Shown: one piece after another, positions 53,960 through 62,685 of the stretch | Numbering within the stretch: the stretch's first letter is position 1 | Layout of the letters: every line of letters begins with the position of its first letter | Assembly: GCA_037380845.1 (NCBI GenBank) | Contig: JARRRI010000005.1 | Span: forward strand, 1-64,000 | Length of the DNA: 64,000 nucleotides | DNA from: Candidatus Sulfobium sp. | GTDB lineage: Bacteria; Nitrospirota; Thermodesulfovibrionia; Thermodesulfovibrionales; UBA6898 | Direction of reading: 5' to 3' | Made by a program: the position numbers and the translations under genes | The notes under the pieces: generated by a model | Database searches by the model: none | What the model was told of the DNA's origin: nothing | Seen by the model: the letters and a program-made list of their open reading frames with translations, nothing else

Positions 53960-53996
53960 TTGATTAAGAGCCGCTTCTGCGGGGGATGGTTCAGGA

Positions 53997-54031
53997 GAGG
54001 GAAAGACCATGGTCTTTCCCTCCGTTTTTTT
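53997..54031 (+). terminator. Intrinsic terminator after glnA
   Basis: GAGGGAAAGACC-AT-GGTCTTTCCCTC followed by T7. Confidence 0.85.
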
Positions 54032-54037
54032 CAAGGT

Positions 54038-54403
54038 TCAGTAGCCCGGAGCCATCTCCTTTTTCTTCCCCAGAGAGTCGATGTAGGCCACGAGGTCCTG
54101 CATTTTCCGGGATTTCTTGTCCAGTGCCTTGCCTTTCAGGGCCACCGTAATACAAGTGTTAATGGCGTCTTCCAGTGAGGTTTCCACGCCCGCCGGTGTT
54201 TTCCATTCTTTCTTCCCTTTGTTCCCCGCATTTTCGAGTCCCTGGCCGCCGGGATGGCAGGTGCCGCAGGTCGAGCCGTTAGTTCCAAGTGCCGGGTCAT
54301 TGAACAGGGCCTTGCCTTTCTCGACGCTCCCGGCAGCATATGCGAGAGAGAATATTAGACCCAAAACAGCCGCCGAGAATAATAAAGGTTTCAAAAATCC
54401 CAT
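54038..54403 (-). CDS. Periplasmic monoheme cytochrome c
   Basis: Signal peptide, GKALF, CGTCH; SD GGAGG before ATG 54403. Confidence 0.88.
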   Translation of the reverse strand: MGFLKPLLFSAAVLGLIFSLAYAAGSVEKGKALFNDPALGTNGSTCGTCHPGGQGLENAGNKGKKEWKTPAGVETSLEDAINTCITVALKGKALDKKSRKMQDLVAYIDSLGKKKEMAPGY

Positions 54404-54518
54404 GTGTTTCACCTCCTCTCCTTTTTGCGTTTACGGGTCTTACTTCAAAAGTAACACACGCCCGGAGAAAGTCAACTGGGCGAATTGCCTCATTGAAAAA
54501 CGATACGAAATAGAATCG

Positions 54519-54547
54519 TTGAATACAAGTGGCAACTGTAATACAAT
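54519..54547 (+). promoter_or_regulatory. Sigma70-type promoter of arsS cluster
   Basis: TTGAAT-N17-TACAAT. Confidence 0.45.
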
Positions 54548-54600
54548 TGATAAGGAGCATGCCGTGAAATACTTAAATCGGGCGGGGAGGAGGCATATTC

Positions 54601-54933
54601 ATGAGAGAATATTACAGGGAAGAAGACCTTGACAGATTCGGGGAGGTAGGAAAGCACAATCCCGAATTATTCAGAAAATTTATGACGTGGTACAACAGCG
54701 CCCTCGAGCCGGGCAGTTTGACGAAGAGGGAGAAGGTCCTCATAGGGCTGGCGGTCGCCCATACCGTTCAATGCCCTTATTGTATAGATGCCTATACGAA
54801 GAGTTGTCTCGAGGAAGGCCTGGGCCTCGATCATATCACCGAGGCGGTGCATGTAGCTTCCGCCGTAAGAGGGGGCGCTTCGCTGATACACGGCATTCAG
54901 GCCCATAATGCTGTAGACCGGTTGGCCCTCTAG
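54601..54933 (+). CDS. AhpD/CMD-family peroxidase-like protein associated with arsenosugar clusters
   Basis: YY...DLxRF, LTKREKxLIGLAVA, QCPYCIDAY, RGGASLIHG. Confidence 0.85.
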   Translation: MREYYREEDLDRFGEVGKHNPELFRKFMTWYNSALEPGSLTKREKVLIGLAVAHTVQCPYCIDAYTKSCLEEGLGLDHITEAVHVASAVRGGASLIHGIQAHNAVDRLAL

Positions 54934-54943
54934 AAGGCATCTT

Positions 54944-55894
54944 ATGACTTTTCTGGAAAGAGTCCGGAGTGTGCGGACAGGGCCTCTCTGTGCCGCTGGT
55001 ATAGATATGCTCCAGGTGAACCTTGGCTACAGGTGCAATATGGCATGCAAGCACTGCCATATCATGGCCGGGCCGGCGCGAAAGGAGGTGATGAACGCCG
55101 ACACGGTGAGTGCGGTCCTGGAGGTCCTTCATGAAAACAGGATCCGGACGCTTGACATCACGGGAGGCGCCCCGGAGCTGAATCCCGATTTCGGCCGGCT
55201 GGTCAGTGAATCCAGAAAGATGGGACGGCATGTGATAGTGCGCACCAACCTGACCGTATTCTTTGAAGAAGGTATGGGACATCTGCCGGGCTTTTTCGAC
55301 GAGCATTCCGTGGAACTCATAGCTTCTTTTCCCTATTACTCTGAAACTGAAGTAGACAGAGTGAGAGGGAAGGGTGCCTTTGAGAAGAGCATCCGGGCGC
55401 TTGGACGTCTGAATGGCCTTGGATATGGAAACGGGCTTTCGGGCAAGAGGCTGAACCTTGTATACAATCCTCCCGGCGCATTTCTCGCTCCCCCTCAGGC
55501 GACCCTGGAAGAAGATTTCAAGTCGGAGTTGAACAGGAGGTACGACGTCTATTTCGACAACCTCTATACTTTTTCGAACGTCCCTGTAGGGAGGTTCAGA
55601 GAATTTCTGGTGCGGAGCGGCAATATGGGGAAATATATGGAAAAACTCGCCTGTGCATTCAATCCCGAAACCCTGGAGGGACTGATGTGCAGACATCTCA
55701 TAAGCGTGGACTGGAAAGGCATGATTTATGATTGCGATTTCAACCAGATACTCGGTCTTCATGCCGGAGACGTTCCATATCATATCCTGGATTTTGATCG
55801 CGAGCGGCTTTCGCACCGGACGATTTCCGTTGGAGACCACTGTTATGCCTGCACGGCGGGACAGGGTTCGACTTGAGTCGGGGCAGTCAATTAA
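54944..55894 (+). CDS. arsS: Arsenosugar-biosynthesis radical SAM protein ArsS with in-frame TGA (candidate Sec)
   Basis: LQVNLGYRCNMACKHCH, LDITGGAPE, LNLVYNP, YDCDFNQ, HCYACTAGQGST-TGA-VGAVN-TAA. Confidence 0.88.
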
Positions 55895-55908
55895 CGGACG
55901 GTCGTCCG
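55895..55908 (+). promoter_or_regulatory. Candidate SECIS hairpin
   Basis: CGGAC-GGTC-GTCCG; 23 nt lie between TGA 55874-55876 and the loop. Confidence 0.55.
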
Positions 55909-56006
55909 CAGGGATTGGAGAGACCCGGGCTAGATTGCACGGTCTGGAATGTCTGTGATCATCGGTCAAGGGTCATACCGCATTCTTTATTCGAACGGGG
56001 GATGAG

Positions 56007-56687
56007 ATGATTTCGGTCGTGATTCCCACCTTCAACGAAGAGGGCATGGTGGGGCGATGCATAGAGTCCGTCAGGGCGGAAAATGCGGATTGCGAGATAA
56101 TCGTGGTGGACGGGGGAAGCAGGGACCAAACCGTGTCCGAGGCGGAGGGCTTTGGAGACGTTCTGACAGTGCAATCCGAAAGAGGGAGAGGACTTCAGCT
56201 GAACGCGGGGGCGGCTGCCGCCCGGGGCGATGTCCTCCTGTTTCTGCACGTTGACACTGTTCTTGAAGAGGGTTGGAGTGTCGAGGTCCTTTCGGCATTT
56301 GAAGAAGAGGGAGTGGTCGGCGGAGCTTTTACCTTCATGATTGACAGTCCCGGTTTACATTACAGGATCACGGAACAGTGGGTGAAGCTGAGGTGCACGT
56401 TTTTTGCTCTCCCCTATGGCGACCAGGGCATTTTTGTAAAAAGGGATTTTTTTGAAAAAATAGAAGGTTTCAGGGACATTCCTATAATGGAGGACGTGGA
56501 TCTGGTTGAAAGGATGAAAAAATTTGGACGGATAAGCATTAAGGAAAAGAAGGCGTATACGCATGCCAGAAAATGGATGAGGGAAGGGTGGTTTCGCACT
56601 TCTGTCAGGAACCAGTCCATAATGGCCATGTACCGGCTTGGGGTGCACCCTCGTCGCCTGGCAAGGATCTACTATCGTGGCACATAG
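56007..56687 (+). CDS. GT2 glycosyltransferase (arsenosugar/rSAM-associated)
   Basis: VIPTFNE, VDGGSRD, FLHVD, LPYGDQG, IMED. Confidence 0.9.
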   Translation: MISVVIPTFNEEGMVGRCIESVRAENADCEIIVVDGGSRDQTVSEAEGFGDVLTVQSERGRGLQLNAGAAAARGDVLLFLHVDTVLEEGWSVEVLSAFEEEGVVGGAFTFMIDSPGLHYRITEQWVKLRCTFFALPYGDQGIFVKRDFFEKIEGFRDIPIMEDVDLVERMKKFGRISIKEKKAYTHARKWMREGWFRTSVRNQSIMAMYRLGVHPRRLARIYYRGT

Positions 56688-57309
56688 GAACCTCCTCGGA
56701 CTTGTGGCAAGGTATCCGGCGGCGGGCACCGTGAAGACCCGTCTTGCCAAAGATATAGGATGTTTCGCAGCGTGCAGAGTTTACAGGATACTGGCTGAAA
56801 GGATAATTGCCGAAACCGGTCCGGCCGCCGGGAGTTATGATAGGATCATATTTTACTCATCGCCGGGTGCATCGGAAGACAAGGTAAGGGAGTGGCTGCC
56901 CGGCGAAAGGCTGGTGCCGCAAAAAGGCGCAGACATCGGCCAAATCATGGAAAATGCACTTGGCGAAATGTTCGACGACGGAGCCGGGAAGGCGATAATT
57001 GCCGGGGTGGATGTACCGGGGCTGAACAGACATATCGTGGATCTGGCCTTTAAGGAACTTGAGAGTGCCGACATAGTCATCGGACCTGCCACGGACGGAG
57101 GCTATTATCTTGTGGGGATGAAAACTCCGGTACCCGGTGTTTTCCGGGGTATGCCGTGGGGGACATCCAGGGTTTTCGGGGAGACATTGCGCGTGACGGG
57201 TGGCCTGGGATTAACTGTCGCGACGGTGGCTTCAATGCGCGACGTCGACACGCTGGATGACCTCCTTAAGGCGGCGGATATGTATCCCGCCTTTTTCAGA
57301 GGGATGTGA
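56677..57309 (+). CDS. DUF2064/CofC-like glycosyltransferase (arsenosugar-associated)
   Basis: GTVKTRL, QKGADIG, GPATDGGYYL, DVDTLDD. Confidence 0.88.
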   Translation: MAHRNLLGLVARYPAAGTVKTRLAKDIGCFAACRVYRILAERIIAETGPAAGSYDRIIFYSSPGASEDKVREWLPGERLVPQKGADIGQIMENALGEMFDDGAGKAIIAGVDVPGLNRHIVDLAFKELESADIVIGPATDGGYYLVGMKTPVPGVFRGMPWGTSRVFGETLRVTGGLGLTVATVASMRDVDTLDDLLKAADMYPAFFRGM

Positions 57310-57312
57310 AGG

Positions 57313-57795
57313 TCAGTTGATTCCGCCCGTGCCGACCCCGGCTCTTTTCATGAATTCTTCTATCTTTTCGACGTGAGTCAACTCATCTTTCCGTATCTTC
57401 TGCAATTTTTCTATCACCGGTGAATCCGTTTCGGATCTCATCACTTCCTGGAAATAGTTTTCGGCGATAGAGTTTTCGATTTTCAATACCAGTGTCAGGG
57501 CGTCTGCCAATGACAACTGTTTTTCCATGATCTCGCTTTTTGCGTTCCTGACGAGCCTGAAGGTCTCGTCAATGAGCTCCTGTGAGGCCGGCACGACGCA
57601 TTCCGGCAGTTCCCCGGTCTTGAGGTAACCCGCTCCGACTACGAGGATGTTAGTATGATTCTCTTCGCTAAGGGCCAACTCGCGCCAGAAAGCTTTCGTC
57701 CCTGGAAACCTTGCGCTAAGCAGGTGGTAAATTTCTGCAGTGGTGGCCTCAATGGCTATACAGACCTTCACCTTTTCCGCCAATACGTTGGTCAT
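57313..57795 (-). CDS. Ferritin/rubrerythrin-like four-helix protein
   Basis: E...Y, EENH, E...Y, ELTH diiron pattern. Confidence 0.75.
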   Translation of the reverse strand: MTNVLAEKVKVCIAIEATTAEIYHLLSARFPGTKAFWRELALSEENHTNILVVGAGYLKTGELPECVVPASQELIDETFRLVRNAKSEIMEKQLSLADALTLVLKIENSIAENYFQEVMRSETDSPVIEKLQKIRKDELTHVEKIEEFMKRAGVGTGGIN

Positions 57796-57997
57796 GGAAG
57801 TCCCCCTTTCTGCTGTCAAAGTTTCACCAGCAGCCCCTTACTCCCCTGATTTCATATTATCACAGCACGAAGCCGGTTGCTATTGCAAGAGGTTCTCCGG
57901 CTGTTACCCTCGCCCCCGGGAGACAGGGACAATATCGTTGTCCGGTCCTGATGGCGCCGGAAGGAGAGGGTATCGGCATGGTCACTAAACTTGAGGG

Positions 57998-58372
57998 TCA
58001 GAAAGTGAGGCCTTCTCTTTCCATGAGCATCTCCCCAAGGAATGAACCCGGCTTCACCTCCGCGTTCCTGACGAGTTGTGCCTTGTCAAGTTCGTAATGC
58101 TTGACGCAGGAGGCACAGATGTAAAATTTAACGCCGAAGTCTTCGATGAGAGTCTTCATAAGCTCATGTGCTGGCGAAAACTCATCCTTCTTCTGCCAGG
58201 TGAGAGTTTCTGCGAATCCCTCTTTGGCAAGAAGGACTCCCCGGTCCATAAGAAAGAAGTCGAGTTCAGCGTCGAAGGCCTTCATGTTTGTGGCAAGCTG
58301 CATCGCCCCGGCAACAAGGTCGGGTCTGTCATAAGAGTGAGTGATGATGAAAATGAATTTTTTCTTTTCCAT
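57998..58372 (-). CDS. DsrE-family protein
   Basis: FIITH, FFLMDRGV, YICASC. Confidence 0.8.
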   Translation of the reverse strand: MEKKKFIFIITHSYDRPDLVAGAMQLATNMKAFDAELDFFLMDRGVLLAKEGFAETLTWQKKDEFSPAHELMKTLIEDFGVKFYICASCVKHYELDKAQLVRNAEVKPGSFLGEMLMEREGLTF

Positions 58373-58498
58373 TGTAATCTCCTTTCAGTTTTAACCAAAG
58401 AATCCCTTGATGCCATGCATCGCAGCAGCTGACCGCTTCCGTGCAGGCTGACTCTGTTGTCTATGGGCTTTTTGATCCGGCGGCGAACCGCTGCGAGA

Positions 58499-58882
58499 CT
58501 AATGAGCACATGTCCCGTCTTTTCCCGTGTGACCTGCGCAGCTCTGACCGGGCTGAAACTGCGGGAGCCTGCCGGACGTCAGAAAGGCGAGATTCTCGGC
58601 TATGGTTTCTGCCGTCGCTTTATACACGGATATTCCCGCCATGTTCAGCTTCATGAGTGCGCCTCCTCCTATGCCACCTACCACCACGGCGTCGACAGTC
58701 TGCCCGGCGAGTGCCGCCACGGGATTGCACATGCCATGCGCATGATGCTGATTGGCGTTGGGCAGCACGGTAATCTCCTTGCTCTCAGTGTCCACGAGAA
58801 CGAACACCGGGGCGGAACCGAAGTGGCCGTAAACCGGACTATCGAGTTCGGTGTTTCCTCCTGACGGAAAACATACTTTCAT
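58499..58882 (-). CDS. NifB/NifX-family metal-cluster binding protein
   Basis: HFGSAP, HHAHGMCNP, GGIGGGA, C-terminal CxxH. Confidence 0.88.
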   Translation of the reverse strand: MKVCFPSGGNTELDSPVYGHFGSAPVFVLVDTESKEITVLPNANQHHAHGMCNPVAALAGQTVDAVVVGGIGGGALMKLNMAGISVYKATAETIAENLAFLTSGRLPQFQPGQSCAGHTGKDGTCAH

Positions 58883-58892
58883 CTGTTGCCTC

Positions 58893-59183
58893 CTATTTAC
58901 ACATTGTTTCTTTAAGAACGATGGCCCTGCATTCTGCGATGGCCATCGCGGTTTTTCTGCGTGCGCCGGAAAGTATTCTCTGTACCGTTCCGCGCGAAAC
59001 CCCCATCTTCTTGCCGGCCTGTTCCTGCGTAAGACCATCTACATCGCAGAGCTTCAATGCTTCTATTTCATCCCTGTACAATGGAATGCTTTCAATTTCG
59101 GTCATGGGAATCCCCGTGGGTTTGAACGCCCTGCCCTTCATGGGGCAGGCACATAGCCTCTCTTTCTTGCTCCGGGGAGACAT
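58893..59183 (-). CDS. DUF134 HTH DNA-binding protein
   Basis: FKPTGIP, DEIEALKL, QEQAGKKMGVSRGT. Confidence 0.9.
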   Translation of the reverse strand: MSPRSKKERLCACPMKGRAFKPTGIPMTEIESIPLYRDEIEALKLCDVDGLTQEQAGKKMGVSRGTVQRILSGARRKTAMAIAECRAIVLKETMCK

Positions 59184-59197
59184 GTCACTTCGAGTCC

Positions 59198-59244
59198 ATA
59201 ATGTGCATATGCACATTATAGTCTGATACGGGTAATCCTGTCAA
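59198..59244 (-). promoter_or_regulatory. Consensus sigma70 promoter overlapped by a perfect 22-bp palindromic operator
   Basis: TTGACA-N18-TATAAT; ATAATGTGCATATGCACATTAT at 59198-59219. Confidence 0.8.
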
Positions 59245-59938
59245 TATTGATATGAAGACGTCTTATTACTTGAGGAACGGATGGATAAAATCTCAAAGTG
59301 TCGTCATTTCCGGACCTGGCTGGCAGGCAGGTCCGGAGTCTTTCCTGCTTTCCGAAGGGATTTCCGAACTGCCCTCCTGACCGGAATCCCTTGTTATAGT
59401 GACGACTGTAAGTTTCTCAATTGTCGAAGCGGTAATCGACTTTCCGGCTGCAAGAGTCAGTCGTTCAGAAGTGAGTAAAGAAGTCTGCCGAGCTCTTCCA
59501 TTTCATAGGGCTTGGACAGGGCGGCCTTAAAGCCGTATCTTCCGAAATTCGCCAGGATGGAATCTTCCGAATAGCCGCTTCGACAGCCCCTCTATCCGAT
59601 CGCCCGGACAGGTAGCTTTGCGCCACACGGTTACCCGCGTCTTGCCCTTTCGGAGGCTATTTCCTTCACCTGGAGAAACACATCCTGCAGCAAATGTCAA
59701 GAACGGTGAGGGGAAGGCCGCAGCGACACTCGGTGAAGGCTCCTGTGGAGCTTGGGAGAAACGATTGTCATTGCCCGTTCGGCCTCCTTCTGCGATAATG
59801 TATAGAAAAGGTTTTACAGGGACGGACGATGACCGCCACAAATTAAACAGTACTTGCCTCATCCCGTCAAATTAGTATAAAGTCATTATCCAAGGGCTGT
59901 TCTGAGCCGGGCGGAAAAATAAGGAGAAGAAATCGTTT

Positions 59939-61474
59939 ATGCCGAAAGTGAAATTCGCTCTGTCGCATCTCGGGAAATTGATGTTCATCCTGCCGTCCTG
60001 GATCGCGGCAGCCGTGGTGCTGGCGGGATGTTCCGCCGGTCCTGATTTCCATCGGCCAGAGGCGCCGGCGACTGAGAGATATACACGGGCAGCTCTGCCG
60101 GAAAAAACCGTCTCGGCTCCGGGTACCGCCGGTGCCGCCCAATACCTGTTTTCCGGCCGGGACATACCTCCCCAGTGGTGGGAGTTGTTCCGTTCCGGGG
60201 CCCTGGACGGGCTGATACGCAAGGCGCTGAAGGACAGTCCCACGCTTTCCGCCGCAGAGGCCGCACTGCGCAATGCGCAGGAAAATCTGACCGCACAAAC
60301 GGGTGTGGTCCTCTATCCCGCCATTGATGCCAAGGGGACCGTTTACCGCCAAAGGTTCTCCGGGGCTTCGTTCGGCGAGCCCGGCATAGGCGTACTCTTT
60401 ACCCTCTATAACGCGTCGGTTGATGTCTCTTACACTTTAGACCTGTTCGGCGGCGGTCGCCGGGAACTGGAGGCGCTGCGGTCTCAGGTCGATTACCAGC
60501 GCTTTCAGCTGGAGGGGGCGCACCTGACGCTCACCTCCAATATCGTTACGGCTGCAGTTAGGGAGGCGTCCCTGCGGGCACAGATCGAGTCCACCAGGGA
60601 GGTTGTGGCGGACCAGGAAAAACAGCTCGAAGTCGTCCGGCGCCAGTTCGACCTGGGAGGCGTGTCGCGTTCGGACGTGCTGGCTCAAAGTGCCCAGGTT
60701 GCCCAGACACGGGCCACCCTGCCGCCGCTCGAAAAAGCACTGGCACAGACCCGGCACCTCCTGGCGGCTCTTTCAGGCGGTATGCCCGGCGACGCGGTGC
60801 TGCCTGAATTTACACTTGGTGAGTTTCGGCTGCCGCAGGAGCTTCCGGTCAGTCTGCCGTCTCTGCTGGTGCGTCAGCGACCGGACATACGCGCTTCGGA
60901 GGAACTGCTGCACGCGGCAAGCGCACAGATCGGGGTGGCTACAGCCAATCTCTATCCCCAGGTCACCCTAACGGGCGAATATGGATCGGAGGCCACCAAA
61001 TTCCATAACCTTTTCGGCAGCGGTACATCCATATGGAATATAAGCGCGGGGCTTCTGCAGCCCCTCTTTCACGGAGGAGAGCTTACAGCAAAGCGCCGCG
61101 CCGCGATTGCCGCTTACGACCAGGCGGCGGCGCAATATCGCGAGACGGTTCTGCAGGCCTTCCGGAATGTAGCCGATGTCCTGAGGGCCCTTGAAGACGA
61201 CGCTCGCACCCTCAAGGCTCAGTCCCAGGCCGAAGCAGCTGCACGCGCCACCCTCGACCTCGTCGAGAGACAGTTCAATCTCGGTGCAGTGAGCTATCTT
61301 TCCCTGCTCAATGCCCAGCGGCAATACCGTTTGGCCCGTGTCGTACTCGTTCGGGCCCAGGCTGCCCGTTTGGCGGACACCGCTGCGCTCTTCCAGGCTC
61401 TGGGAGGCGGCTGGTGGAACAGGCAGGCGGGGGATGACGCCCGGGCCGCGGCGATGACGGAAGAAAAGGAGTAG
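59939..61474 (+). CDS. RND efflux outer membrane lipoprotein (NodT/OprM family)
   Basis: LAGC lipobox, QRPDIRA, FQALGGGWW. Confidence 0.93.
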   Translation: MPKVKFALSHLGKLMFILPSWIAAAVVLAGCSAGPDFHRPEAPATERYTRAALPEKTVSAPGTAGAAQYLFSGRDIPPQWWELFRSGALDGLIRKALKDSPTLSAAEAALRNAQENLTAQTGVVLYPAIDAKGTVYRQRFSGASFGEPGIGVLFTLYNASVDVSYTLDLFGGGRRELEALRSQVDYQRFQLEGAHLTLTSNIVTAAVREASLRAQIESTREVVADQEKQLEVVRRQFDLGGVSRSDVLAQSAQVAQTRATLPPLEKALAQTRHLLAALSGGMPGDAVLPEFTLGEFRLPQELPVSLPSLLVRQRPDIRASEELLHAASAQIGVATANLYPQVTLTGEYGSEATKFHNLFGSGTSIWNISAGLLQPLFHGGELTAKRRAAIAAYDQAAAQYRETVLQAFRNVADVLRALEDDARTLKAQSQAEAAARATLDLVERQFNLGAVSYLSLLNAQRQYRLARVVLVRAQAARLADTAALFQALGGGWWNRQAGDDARAAAMTEEKE

Positions 61475-61544
61475 GGGCGGCGCATGCCGTGCAGGCACCG
61501 GGCGACAGATAAGGCGAATATTACGTAATGGGGAGGACTATGTA

Positions 61545-62675
61545 ATGATAAAACGCATGGTAATCATGCTGCTGGCCGCAGGCATCCTTTTCGGGGCCAT
61601 TTTCGGCTATCACGCCTATAAGGCAAGCATGATGAAGAAGTCAATGGCCTCCTTCAGGCCGCCGCCGGCCACGGTATCAACCATAAAGGCCGAATATCAG
61701 ACCTGGCAGCCTGAGCTCAAGGCAGTCGGCAGTCTGAGGGCCGTCCGCGGTGTGGACGTTACCAGTGAGGTTTCGGGGCTGGTCCAGACAGTTTTCTTTA
61801 CGTCGGGAGACGATGCAAAAGAGGGCCAGGCGCTGGTGCAGTTGAACGCGGACACGGACATAGCGAAACTGCACTCTCTTCAGGCAGAAGCAGACCTTGC
61901 AAAAATAGTCTATGACCGGGACAGTAAACAGTTCGCCGCACAGGCGATAAGCAGGGCAGTTCTCGACTCGGATGCTGCGGACCTCAAGAACAAGAGAGCG
62001 CTGGCGGCCCAGCAGGCCGCCTTGGTAGAAAAAAAGACGATCAGGGCCCCCTTTGGCGGAAGACTCGGCATTACTACGGTAAATCCCGGACAGTTTGTGA
62101 ACCCCGGCGACAATATAGTGACATTGCAATCTCTTGATTCCATCTATGCGGATTTTTATCTGCCCCAGCAGGACCTTTCCCGCATCTCTCTCGGGCAGAA
62201 AGTTACCGCCTCAACGGATACTTATCCCGGCCGTACTTTCAGGGGGACGATTACGGCGATCAATCCCAAGGTGGAGACCTCAACCCGCAACGTCCAGGTC
62301 GAGGCCACTATAACCAATCCGCGACATGAACTTCTGCCGGGGATGTTTGCGACGGTCGTCGTCAGGGCGGGCAAGGTCCACCGGTATCTCACTCTCCCCC
62401 AGACGGCTGTGACTTATAACCCTTACGGAGATACGGTCTTTGTGGTGGAGGAAAAGGGAAAGGGTCCGGAGGGCAAGCCGGTTTTGATTGCCAGACAGAC
62501 CTTTGTAACCGTAGGCCCGACGCGCGGTGACCAGGTTGCGATCCTGAAAGGGATAAAGGAAGGAGAGATCGTTGTGACGAGCGGGCAGGTTAAGCTTAAG
62601 AACGGAAGCAGGGTAACGATAAACAACAAAGTCAGGCCCAGCAACGAGGCCAACCCCAAGCCGGTGGACGAGTAA
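61545..62675 (+). CDS. RND efflux periplasmic adaptor
   Basis: N-terminal TM, IRAPFGG, LLPGMFA. Confidence 0.93.
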   Translation: MIKRMVIMLLAAGILFGAIFGYHAYKASMMKKSMASFRPPPATVSTIKAEYQTWQPELKAVGSLRAVRGVDVTSEVSGLVQTVFFTSGDDAKEGQALVQLNADTDIAKLHSLQAEADLAKIVYDRDSKQFAAQAISRAVLDSDAADLKNKRALAAQQAALVEKKTIRAPFGGRLGITTVNPGQFVNPGDNIVTLQSLDSIYADFYLPQQDLSRISLGQKVTASTDTYPGRTFRGTITAINPKVETSTRNVQVEATITNPRHELLPGMFATVVVRAGKVHRYLTLPQTAVTYNPYGDTVFVVEEKGKGPEGKPVLIARQTFVTVGPTRGDQVAILKGIKEGEIVVTSGQVKLKNGSRVTINNKVRPSNEANPKPVDE

Positions 62676-62685
62676 AAGAAAGCAG

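Noticed and set aside
58499..58882. Nitrogen fixation inferred from NifX-like and NifA-like genes
   Set aside because: Both families occur outside diazotrophy, and there is no nifHDK here.
59460..59930. ORFs upstream of the RND operon
   Set aside because: No motifs or RBS; likely intergenic.
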